In this document: one piece after another, positions 8,920 through 17,610 of the stretch
How the letters are laid out: each line of letters begins with the position of its first letter
Numbering within the stretch: the first letter of the stretch is position 1
Assembly (NCBI GenBank): GCA_964592515.1
Contig: CAZQFG010000001.1
Span: forward strand, 1 to 58,338
Origin: an uncultured Chryseobacterium sp.
GTDB lineage: Bacteria > Bacteroidota > Bacteroidia > Flavobacteriales_F > PHOS-HE28
Length of the DNA stretch: 58,338 nucleotides
Direction of reading: 5' to 3'
Notes under the pieces: generated by a model
What the model saw: only the letters and a program-made list of their open reading frames with translations
Told to the model about the DNA's origin: nothing
The model's database searches: none
Made by a program: the position numbers and the translations under genes

Positions 8920-9280
8920 GGATGGTGGTCAAGGCTGTGGCTTGACAAGGGGTCGAAAAGGTGAAGGACTGGACGACCGCTGCTAACCTGTGTCGCATTA
9001 GCTACGCACCGGCACCAATACTGCCGACGCGGGAACGGCAATTGGTACAAGGTAAGGCTTCTGCCATGAGTTCGATGCCGTTCGCCTCGAACAGGCCGAT
9101 CAAATGTCCATTCGCTCTGGTCGATCATACACCCGGTCTTCGCCGAACATATGTCGCCATTAAACTGATCTCCATTCAGCGCGTCTTAGCGAATGTCACA
9201 TTTGCATCAACGGTCTGTTAACTGCAAGTGACGGACCCCGACCGGAACCTGACCACAATCCCTTTCTGCCCACCCTGCCC

Positions 9281-10795
9281 ATGATCGTTCAACGTATGCG
9301 GAACGCCCTGCTGTTCCTTGCCCTTGGCGCTGCAAGCGGAGCCACCGCGCAGACCTTCGATGGCTACGCGCTGTACAACCTTTCCAACCAGACCACCTCG
9401 CGGTTGGTCAATGCCGCGGGCCAGGTGGCCTACACGTGGAACTGCCCCACCACGTACAGCTACTCCATGGCCCTGAAGCCGAACGGCAACATTGTGCGCA
9501 CGGCGGTGAACACCGGCAACCAGATCAACACGGCGGCCGTGAGCGGCCTTGTGCAGGAACTGAACCCGCAGGGCCAGGTGGTGTGGTCGTTCACCTACTC
9601 ATCGGCAGACTATGTGACGCACCACGACATGTGCCTGATGCCCAACGGCAACGTGCTGCTGCTGGCCTACGTGCGCAAGACCGTGGCCGAACTGCAGGCC
9701 TTGGGCTACACGGGCACATCGGCCAAGTACCCCGGTCGCATCATCGAGATCCAGCCCAACGGCTCCACGGCGCAGATCGTGTGGCAGTGGGAGATGGCCG
9801 ACCGCTTCATCCAATACGCCGACGCGAGCAAGCCCAACTACATGCCCATTGCCGAGCACCCCGAGCGCATGAACATCAACGTGACCGTGAGCGGTGGCGG
9901 TGGTCCGGGCGGTGGCATTGATTGGTTCCACGAGAACGGCATCGACTACAACGCCGAGCTGGACCAGATCGTGTTCAGCGCCCGCTACCTCAGCGAGTTC
10001 ATGGTGATCGACCACAGCACCACCACGGCCGAGGCCGCTGGCCACACGGGTGGCAACGGCGGACGTGGCGGCGACTTCCTGTTCCGCTGGGGCAAGCCCG
10101 CGAACTACGGGGTAACGGGAACACAACGCATTCCTGCCGCCGTGCACGATGTGAAATGGGTGAAGGCCGGTGCGCCCAACGCGGGCTGGCTGATGTTCGT
10201 GAACAACAACGGCGGAGGCAACAGCACCACCACCATCGATGCCATCAACCCCGCACGCGATGGCTACAACTACCCATGGACACCCGGCACTGTTTGGGGC
10301 CCCACGAACTACGATTGGCGCCATACCTGCCTGGCCTACTCCAGCGGCCAGAGCGCGGCCGAGCGCATGCCGAACGGCAACACCTTCGTGGCCATCAGCG
10401 GCCAGTACATGTACGAGGTGAACAGCAGCAACCAAGTGGTGTGGCAATACAACGCCGGTCCACAGAAGGCCTTCCGCTACTTGTGCAGCGACCCCGGCAT
10501 CATCGCACTGCTGGGCGAGGATCCGTGCGGCCTCGTTACTGATGTGAACGAAGAGGATAACAACGCTGCGTTCGGCATCTACCCGAACCCCACCGAAGGC
10601 ATGCTGAACCTGGTGGGCGTGGACATGTCCACCATGGACCACTTCGTGGTGTTCGATGGAACGGGACGTGAGGTGAAGCGCACCGCACCCGGCTGGACCG
10701 TGGACGTGAGCGACCTGCCGAACGGCGTGTACCAAGTGGCCGTGGAGCATAGCACGGGCCGCAGGGATGTACGTCGCGTGGTGGTACAGCACTAA
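9281..10795 (+). CDS. Arylsulfotransferase (ASST)-like beta-propeller protein with T9SS C-terminal domain
   Basis: Signal peptide. HHDMCLMPNGNVLLLAY and WFHENGIDYNAELDQIVFSARYLSEFMVIDHSTT are typical of ASST-family proteins. C-terminal IYPNPTEG...GVYQVAV is a T9SS CTD. Confidence 0.7.
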   Translation: MIVQRMRNALLFLALGAASGATAQTFDGYALYNLSNQTTSRLVNAAGQVAYTWNCPTTYSYSMALKPNGNIVRTAVNTGNQINTAAVSGLVQELNPQGQVVWSFTYSSADYVTHHDMCLMPNGNVLLLAYVRKTVAELQALGYTGTSAKYPGRIIEIQPNGSTAQIVWQWEMADRFIQYADASKPNYMPIAEHPERMNINVTVSGGGGPGGGIDWFHENGIDYNAELDQIVFSARYLSEFMVIDHSTTTAEAAGHTGGNGGRGGDFLFRWGKPANYGVTGTQRIPAAVHDVKWVKAGAPNAGWLMFVNNNGGGNSTTTIDAINPARDGYNYPWTPGTVWGPTNYDWRHTCLAYSSGQSAAERMPNGNTFVAISGQYMYEVNSSNQVVWQYNAGPQKAFRYLCSDPGIIALLGEDPCGLVTDVNEEDNNAAFGIYPNPTEGMLNLVGVDMSTMDHFVVFDGTGREVKRTAPGWTVDVSDLPNGVYQVAVEHSTGRRDVRRVVVQH

Positions 10796-10801
10796 GCCTG
10801 T

Positions 10802-13075
10802 ATGCGTTATTGGTATGGCATAGGGCTCGTATTGGCGATGGCCGTGGCACCTGCCGCGGCCTTCGCGCAACCCGACCTGTATGAACTGGGCTCGGTGCGC
10901 GAGCTTCGGTTGTACTTCGATGTGCCGGACTGGCGCCATGCGCTCGATAGCCTGTACCTATTGGGGGAGGACGAGCGCCTGATCGGTGATCTGGTGATCG
11001 ACGGCACGCTGCTGCCCGATGTGGGCGTGCGCTACAAAGGCTACAGCTCCTGGGCCGATGGTCGCGCCAAGAACCCCTTCAACATCAAGTTGGACGAGGT
11101 GCACAGCGGCCAGGACTACCAAGGGTACGAGAAGGTCAAGCTGAGCAACGTGATCCAGGACCCCTCGTTCCTGCGCGAGGTGATGGCCTACGAGGTGGCC
11201 CGCAACTACATGCACGCCTCGCGCGCCAACTACGCCGACCTCTACGTGAACGACACGCTCGTGGGCCTCTACACCAGCGTGGAGGATGTGGGCAACGATT
11301 TCCTGAAGGAACACTACGGGGAGAAGGATGGCAGCTTCTTCAAAGGCAATCCGCCCACGGTGGACCTGACCGGCGAGAACTGCAACCTGGGCGACAGCCC
11401 CGGCACCGACAGCACCGACTACTACGACCTGTACGACATCCAATCGGACCACGGCTGGGGACATCTGGTGGAACTGATCGACGTGCTGAACAATGCGCCG
11501 GATAACATCGAGCAGGTGCTGAACGTGGACCGCACGCTGTGGATGCACGCCTTCAACTACGCCCTGATCAATTTCGATAGCTACGTGGGCTATGCCCAGA
11601 ACTACTACATCTACCGCGACGAGAACGGCCTGTGGAACCCCATTCTTTGGGACCTCAACATGTCCTTCGCGAGCTTCCGCCTAACGGATGCGTCCACCTA
11701 CTGGAACGGATTCAGCATCAACCAGGCCATGACCATTGATCCGCTGAGCCACTACAGCGGCCCCAGCGTGTTCCCGCGCCCCTTGCTGCGCAACCTGTTC
11801 AACAACGCCATGTACCGCAGGATGTACATCGCCCACCTGCGTACCATCATCACCGAGCAGTTCAGCGACCAGTCCTTTCGCGAACGGGCCTTGGAGCACC
11901 AGGCGCTGATCGATGCGCATGTGCAGGCCGATACGAACAAGTTCTATAGCTACCAGTCGTTCCTGGACAACCTGGACCAGACCGTGAGCTACACGGTGGC
12001 CTATCCGGGCCTTACGCAATTGATGGACGCACGTGTGGCCTACCTGAGCACCTATCCGGGCTTCATGGGCCAGCCGGTGATCGGTGAAGCGTCGCACGCA
12101 CCGGTGGACATCGCCGTGGGCGGCACGCTGACCATTACCGCACCGGTCACGGATGCGGACACGGTGATCCTGGCCTATCGCTTCGGTACCAGTGGCCTGT
12201 TCCAACGCACGGCCATGCTGGATGATGGGCTGCATGGCGATGGTGCTGCGGGCGATGGCGTGTACGGTGCGCAGTTCAGCGCCACCAGCAACCGCATGGA
12301 GTACTACCTCTATGCCGAGAACGCAACGGCCGGGGCCTTCGCACCCGCCCGCGCCGCGCACGAGACCTATGTGATCCAAACACGTCTGGCACCCGGCACC
12401 GTGGTGATCAACGAGCTGATGGCCGGCAACCAGGACCGCGTACTGGACCCCACGGGTGCCGCATCGGACTGGATCGAGCTATACAACGCGGGCACGTTCA
12501 CCATTTCCACTGCCGGCCTATACCTCACGGACAACGTGGCCGACCCAACGCGCTGGGCCTTGCCGGACCGAACGCTGGACCCCGGCGAGTACCTGGTGAT
12601 CTGGGCGGACGACCGCACCAGCGTGGGCGACGACCATACCAACTTCAAGCTGGACGCCACGGGCGAGACCATCCAGTTGGCCTACGATGCCGATGCCGTG
12701 CTGGACCGCGTGACCTACGGTGAGCAGTTCCCGATCTACACCAGCGGCCGCCTACCCAATGGCACGGGCTCCTTCCAACGCCTTACACCCACCGTGGGCG
12801 GATACAACCGCGTGGAGTTCGGAACGGAGCCGGAGCGTGTGTTCCAGCTTTATCCCAATCCCGCCACCACCGAACTGAACGCCATCGTGGACCTGCCCGG
12901 GTCCTTTGAGGTGCAGGTGTTCCGTTCCGATGGCCGCGCGGTGACCGGTGTGCAGCAATACACCGATCGCCACCTCGTACAGCTTTCCACAGTGGGGCTC
13001 GCCGCAGGGCATTACGTCATGCAAGTGCGCACCACCGATTCCGTCATGAGCCAACCCTTCATCCTGCTTCCATGA
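10802..13075 (+). CDS. CotH kinase-family protein with lamin-tail domain and T9SS C-terminal domain
   Basis: The CotH core is recognisable (VRYKGYSS, FNIKLDE, KVKLSNVIQDPSFLREVMAYEVARNYM). VVINELMAGN...SDWIELYN is the LTD signature. LYPNPATTE...GHYVMQV is a T9SS CTD. Confidence 0.85.
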   Translation: MRYWYGIGLVLAMAVAPAAAFAQPDLYELGSVRELRLYFDVPDWRHALDSLYLLGEDERLIGDLVIDGTLLPDVGVRYKGYSSWADGRAKNPFNIKLDEVHSGQDYQGYEKVKLSNVIQDPSFLREVMAYEVARNYMHASRANYADLYVNDTLVGLYTSVEDVGNDFLKEHYGEKDGSFFKGNPPTVDLTGENCNLGDSPGTDSTDYYDLYDIQSDHGWGHLVELIDVLNNAPDNIEQVLNVDRTLWMHAFNYALINFDSYVGYAQNYYIYRDENGLWNPILWDLNMSFASFRLTDASTYWNGFSINQAMTIDPLSHYSGPSVFPRPLLRNLFNNAMYRRMYIAHLRTIITEQFSDQSFRERALEHQALIDAHVQADTNKFYSYQSFLDNLDQTVSYTVAYPGLTQLMDARVAYLSTYPGFMGQPVIGEASHAPVDIAVGGTLTITAPVTDADTVILAYRFGTSGLFQRTAMLDDGLHGDGAAGDGVYGAQFSATSNRMEYYLYAENATAGAFAPARAAHETYVIQTRLAPGTVVINELMAGNQDRVLDPTGAASDWIELYNAGTFTISTAGLYLTDNVADPTRWALPDRTLDPGEYLVIWADDRTSVGDDHTNFKLDATGETIQLAYDADAVLDRVTYGEQFPIYTSGRLPNGTGSFQRLTPTVGGYNRVEFGTEPERVFQLYPNPATTELNAIVDLPGSFEVQVFRSDGRAVTGVQQYTDRHLVQLSTVGLAAGHYVMQVRTTDSVMSQPFILLP

Positions 13076-14292
13076 ACCGACTTCTTACCCTGATCATGAT
13101 CACGCTCAGCCTGCAGCTCAGCGCACAGACCTTCACCTCCTGGACCACCGCCGATGGCCTGCCCAGCGACGATGTGCGCGATGTGGCCGTGGCACCCGAT
13201 GGCACGCTGTGGTTCGCCACGGCGCAGGGCGTGGCCGCCTTTGATGGCACCACCTTCACGGTGCACAACACCACCACGCACCCCGGTCTGGCCAACAACG
13301 ATACCTATGCCATTGCCGTAATGGCCAACGGCGATGTGTGGGTGGGCACCGATTTCGGTGTGAGCGTGTACGATGGCAGCACTTACACCACCTACACCAG
13401 TGCCAATGGGCTGGGCGATGATGCGGTGAAGAACATCAAGCAGGCGCCCAACGGCGACATCTGGATCGCAACGATCAACGGCGCCACGAAATACACCGGT
13501 GGCACCTTCACCGCCTTCGGCGCGCCGCAGATCCCCTTCGGCGGCGCCATGCATGTGGCCTTCGCCAACAATGGCGATGTGCTCTTCAGCGGTGGACTGG
13601 CCGGCGTGGTGGTGTACAACGGCACCACCTTCACCACCATTGGAACGGGCGATGGCCTGGTCAGCGGCCGCGTGCGCAGCATTGCGGTGGACGAAGCACA
13701 GAACAAGTGGGTGGGCACTGCGGAAGGCATCTCGGTGCTGAACGCTGCCAACGCGCACACCACCGACCACCAGAACGTGTTCATCCTGCCCCCGCCCGAT
13801 GAGCTGAACCCCATCACCGATGTGGTGATCGACCAGAACGGTCGTGTGTGGGCCGGCGTGTACGTGGACTACCTCGTTACCGTGGGTGGTGTTAGCTACT
13901 ACAGTAACGGCGTGTGGGGCCAGTACGAGGAGAGCGATGGCCTGGCCGGTCCCAACGTGCGCCGCCTCGCAGTGGATGCCGACAACGACATCTGGGTGAC
14001 CACCAGCACGGGCATCACCGAGATCAGCAACATCAGCATCGGCATGGCCGAGCTTACGAGCGTGGGTGGTTTCAACCTGTTCCCCAACCCGGCGAGCGCC
14101 TATGTGGAGATCGTTCGCGAGGGAAGCTACACCGGTGTTGTGGTCATGGAGGTGCGCGATGCCGCTGGTCGGTTGGTGAGCGCTACCACCACCACGGCCG
14201 ATCGCATTCGCCTGGATGTGTCCGCCATGGAAGCGGGCCTGTACAGCGTGCGCCTCGGCGACCGTGTGCAGAAGCTGCTGGTGCAGCACTGA
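13072..14292 (+). CDS. Two-component-regulator-propeller (Reg_prop) repeat protein with T9SS C-terminal domain
   Basis: Repeats of the type W-T-T-A-D-G-L-P-S-D-D-V-x-D-V-A-x-x-x-D-G-x-L-W-x-A-T. LFPNPASA...GLYSVRL is a T9SS CTD. ATGA overlap with the CotH gene. Confidence 0.8.
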   Translation: MNRLLTLIMITLSLQLSAQTFTSWTTADGLPSDDVRDVAVAPDGTLWFATAQGVAAFDGTTFTVHNTTTHPGLANNDTYAIAVMANGDVWVGTDFGVSVYDGSTYTTYTSANGLGDDAVKNIKQAPNGDIWIATINGATKYTGGTFTAFGAPQIPFGGAMHVAFANNGDVLFSGGLAGVVVYNGTTFTTIGTGDGLVSGRVRSIAVDEAQNKWVGTAEGISVLNAANAHTTDHQNVFILPPPDELNPITDVVIDQNGRVWAGVYVDYLVTVGGVSYYSNGVWGQYEESDGLAGPNVRRLAVDADNDIWVTTSTGITEISNISIGMAELTSVGGFNLFPNPASAYVEIVREGSYTGVVVMEVRDAAGRLVSATTTTADRIRLDVSAMEAGLYSVRLGDRVQKLLVQH

Positions 14293-14307
14293 TCGTTGCG
14301 CAGCGGT

Positions 14308-14607
14308 TCAGCGCTGGAGGCGGAGCGGCCCCTTGCCTTCCCACGCGTCCACGAGCAGGGGATCACCCAGGCGGAACAGCACCGGGAAACGCAGCTTGCG
14401 TTCCAACTGCACGTCCAGTTTGCAGAACAGCCCCAATTGGTCATAACGCCACGGCGAGGGCAATGAAGCGGGTGTGAGCAAAGGCGCCTTCACCACTGCG
14501 GGCAAGGTGGTGGGCTGCAACAGGGGTTGGCCTTGGACCTGCACCATGCCTGCGGATCCGATCAGGATGAACAGGCAGCGGACGATCAGTGGAAGGGACC
14601 TGCGCAT
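14308..14607 (-). CDS. Small secreted hypothetical protein
   Basis: Track ORF trimmed to MRRSLPLIVRCLFILIGSAG (signal-like). Lies 19 nt downstream of ytxJ on the same strand. No family recognised. Confidence 0.4.
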   Translation of the reverse strand: MRRSLPLIVRCLFILIGSAGMVQVQGQPLLQPTTLPAVVKAPLLTPASLPSPWRYDQLGLFCKLDVQLERKLRFPVLFRLGDPLLVDAWEGKGPLRLQR

Positions 14608-14626
14608 GGCCAGTGGTTGGTGAGCG

Positions 14627-14971
14627 TTACGAACCGCTGAGCACCGAGAGCACATCGCGGTAACTGATGCCGAGGTGCGAGGTGGTGTGCACGCAGCGGC
14701 CGTTGCGGATCACCAGCACTTGGGGCGAAGCATGTTCCACGTCGTACCGGTCGGCAATGGCGTTGGAGAGTTCGCGGTGGCGCAGCAGGTCAAGGTAGTA
14801 GGCCGTGTGCGTGGCATCATCGCCGCTGGTCCATGCGCCCTCCAAGCGATGCAGGGCAGCGCTTGAAATGCTGCACCGCGTGCTGTGCTTGAAGAGGAGT
14901 ACGGGACGTTCTGCGGAAGCGGCATCGATCGTGTCGAGCTGTGCCAGGTCGGTAAGTGGAAGCCAGTTCAT
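14627..14971 (-). CDS. ytxJ: Bacillithiol-system redox protein YtxJ (monothiol thioredoxin-like)
   Basis: 114 aa. PVLLFKHSTRCSISS carries the characteristic T-R-C-x-I-S monothiol motif of YtxJ. Confidence 0.85.
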   Translation of the reverse strand: MNWLPLTDLAQLDTIDAASAERPVLLFKHSTRCSISSAALHRLEGAWTSGDDATHTAYYLDLLRHRELSNAIADRYDVEHASPQVLVIRNGRCVHTTSHLGISYRDVLSVLSGS

Positions 14972-15125
14972 GGGAGCGGGTACAAAGATCGTTCGTCATG
15001 CACCAAGGTGAACGGTGATGGCGGTCACCGGTGGTGTGCGTGGCCGGATGCTGCATGTATATTGGACACGTGCCGGTGACGATTAAGTCGTCAAGCCCCG
15101 GAGCCGTTCTGTTCACCCTTAACCC

Positions 15126-17576
15126 ATGTTGCACGCTCCTGAAAGCAGGGCCTCGTTGTCATCTTCCCTGATCGCCCCTGCTGGTCCACCCGTTCCCGAT
15201 GCGATGCCGAACTTGCGGCCCATGACCGCCTCGGCAGACCACGTGGAGACCGAAATGGCCCTGATGGCCGCACAATTCGTGAACAGCACGAACCGCCATG
15301 TGTTCCTCACCGGTAAGGCAGGCACCGGCAAGACCACCTTCCTGCGGCGGCTGGCCAACAGCACCCACAAGCGCTACGTGATCCTGGCGCCCACCGGCAT
15401 CGCAGCGCTCAACGCTGGCGGTGTCACCATCCACAGCCAGTTCCTGCTGCCCTTCGGGTCCTTCATCCCCGAGCAACAGCTGCCGCCGGACATTCCGGAG
15501 TACGGCGCCTTCCACGACCGGGGCACGCTCACCCGCCGCCATCCACTGAACGCCCTGCGCCGCAACGTGCTGCGCGATGTGGACCTGCTGATCATCGACG
15601 AGGTGAGCATGCTGCGCGCCGATGTGCTCGATGCCATCGACTTCCGCATGCGCAGTGTGCGTCAGCGCTGGGGCCAACCTTTCGGCGGTGCACAGGTGCT
15701 CATGATCGGCGACCTGTTCCAACTGCCGCCGGTGGTGAAGGACGATGAGTGGAACGTGCTGCGGCGTTGGTATGGCAGCATGCACTTCTTCGAGGCCCGC
15801 GTGCTGAAGGAGAGTGGTTACGCCCACATTGAACTGGACAAGATCTTCCGCCAGCAGGACGACCGCTTCATCCGCATCCTGAACAACCTGCGCGATAACA
15901 AGGTGACCGCCGAGGATGTGCAGGAGCTGAACACCCACTACCGTCCGCAACTGGCCAATGAGGACACTGAGGGCATCATCACCCTCACCACCCACAACCG
16001 CACGGCCGACGACCTGAACCAACGTGCGTTGGACAAGCTGCCCGGCGATCTGAAACGCTTCGAGGCCGCGGTGGAAGGCGAGTTCCCCGAGAGCATGTTC
16101 CCTGTGCTGCGCGAACTGGCGTTGAAGGAAGGCGCTCAGCTCATGTTCACCCGTAACGATCCCGAGAAGGCCTACTTCAACGGCAAGCTCGCACGCGTTG
16201 AGACCATAGCGGACGGCGTGATCACGGTGCGCATGATCGACACCGACATGCCCTACAAGTTGAAGCGCGAGACCTGGGAGAACAAGCGCTACGTGATCGA
16301 CCCGGTCACCAAGGAACAGAAGGAACAGGTGCTCGGCACCTTCGAGCAATACCCGGTGAAGCTGGCCTGGGCCATCACCGTGCACAAGAGCCAGGGCCTC
16401 ACGTTCGACAAGGCCGTCATCGATGTCGGACAGGCCTTCGCGCCGGGCCAGGTGTACGTGGCGCTATCGCGGTTGCGCTCGTTGGACGGTCTCATGCTCC
16501 GCACACGCATCGATCCCGCTGTGGTGAGCACCGACCGCGATGTGATGGCCTTCAGCGAGCGGCGCCATGCGCAACAGCCGCTGCCCGAGCAATTACGCGA
16601 TCAGCAGCGGCATTACCTGCAGGCCGTGCTCACCAGCACCTTCGATCTGGGCGACCTGCTGAAGCGTGCTGCGTACATTCAGAAGGACCACACCGAAGTG
16701 GCCGAGTTCGAGGATGAGAGCATGAAGACCGCGCTGACCCGATTCCACGGGAAGTTGGAGCGCGAAGAAGAGAACACCCGCAAGTTCCAGGGACAGTTGT
16801 TGCGCTTGCTGCACACCGATGATCGCGATGCGCTGCTGGACCGCATTGCAAAGGGCAGCGACTATTACACCGGCCTGCTCACCGACAGCATGAAGGACCT
16901 GCTGCAACACCTGGCCCAGGTGGAGATGCTGAGCCGCACCAAGCAATACAGCGATGATCTGCGGGAGCTGGACGGCATGCTGGTGAAGAAGCTGGCCCAG
17001 TTGGCCAAGGCCGCGCACATCACCGCGTGCATCCTCAGCGGACAAGAGGTGAAACGCGTGCCCGATATCGAGAAGCGTATTTCTGCACAACGCACGGCCT
17101 TGGTGCAGGAGGTGCGCTCGTGGGCCGAGGAGCATGCCCCGGAAACAACACTGAAGACCGGTCGCAAACGCAAACGCGATGCGGAGGAATGGGAGGTGCC
17201 CGACGTGGAAAACAGGCCGCGCAAGGCCAAAGGCGGTGCCAAGGAGAAGAAGGAGCCGAAGTTGAAGGGCGAGACCTACCTGAAGACCTACGTGATGATC
17301 AAGGAAGGCAAAGGGTTGGCCGAGATCGCTGCGGAGCGCAGCATGTCGGTGAGCACCATTGAAGGCCATGCGGCGCGCGGCATTGCCGAGGATGTGCTGC
17401 ACATTGATGACCTGATGCCTGCCGAGGACCGCGAACCCATAGCCGACTGGATGCGCGCCCACCCGGACCAGGGCCTGAACGATGCCCGAGCGAACTTCGG
17501 GGACCGCTACACCTATGGCCAGTTGCGCATGGTGCAGGCCTGGGTGCGCAAGGAAAAGGAACAGGAGGGAGCGTAG
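15126..17576 (+). CDS. PIF1/RecD-family ATP-dependent DNA helicase with C-terminal helix-turn-helix domain
   Basis: Walker A FLTGKAGTGKTT, DEVSM (Walker B), QLPPV, and VHKSQGLTFD / YVALSR helicase motifs. The C-terminal KEGKGLAEIAAERSMSVSTIEGH is HTH-like. The real start may be ATG 15204 or 15222. Confidence 0.9.
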   Translation: MLHAPESRASLSSSLIAPAGPPVPDAMPNLRPMTASADHVETEMALMAAQFVNSTNRHVFLTGKAGTGKTTFLRRLANSTHKRYVILAPTGIAALNAGGVTIHSQFLLPFGSFIPEQQLPPDIPEYGAFHDRGTLTRRHPLNALRRNVLRDVDLLIIDEVSMLRADVLDAIDFRMRSVRQRWGQPFGGAQVLMIGDLFQLPPVVKDDEWNVLRRWYGSMHFFEARVLKESGYAHIELDKIFRQQDDRFIRILNNLRDNKVTAEDVQELNTHYRPQLANEDTEGIITLTTHNRTADDLNQRALDKLPGDLKRFEAAVEGEFPESMFPVLRELALKEGAQLMFTRNDPEKAYFNGKLARVETIADGVITVRMIDTDMPYKLKRETWENKRYVIDPVTKEQKEQVLGTFEQYPVKLAWAITVHKSQGLTFDKAVIDVGQAFAPGQVYVALSRLRSLDGLMLRTRIDPAVVSTDRDVMAFSERRHAQQPLPEQLRDQQRHYLQAVLTSTFDLGDLLKRAAYIQKDHTEVAEFEDESMKTALTRFHGKLEREEENTRKFQGQLLRLLHTDDRDALLDRIAKGSDYYTGLLTDSMKDLLQHLAQVEMLSRTKQYSDDLRELDGMLVKKLAQLAKAAHITACILSGQEVKRVPDIEKRISAQRTALVQEVRSWAEEHAPETTLKTGRKRKRDAEEWEVPDVENRPRKAKGGAKEKKEPKLKGETYLKTYVMIKEGKGLAEIAAERSMSVSTIEGHAARGIAEDVLHIDDLMPAEDREPIADWMRAHPDQGLNDARANFGDRYTYGQLRMVQAWVRKEKEQEGA

Positions 17577-17610
17577 ACCGCCCCCTCCCGACCCACCCCG
17601 AACGTACCCG

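Noticed and set aside
13012-14289. 425-aa minus-strand ORF opposite the Reg_prop gene
   Set aside because: Shadow ORF. The plus-strand product has a signal peptide, propeller repeats and a T9SS CTD.
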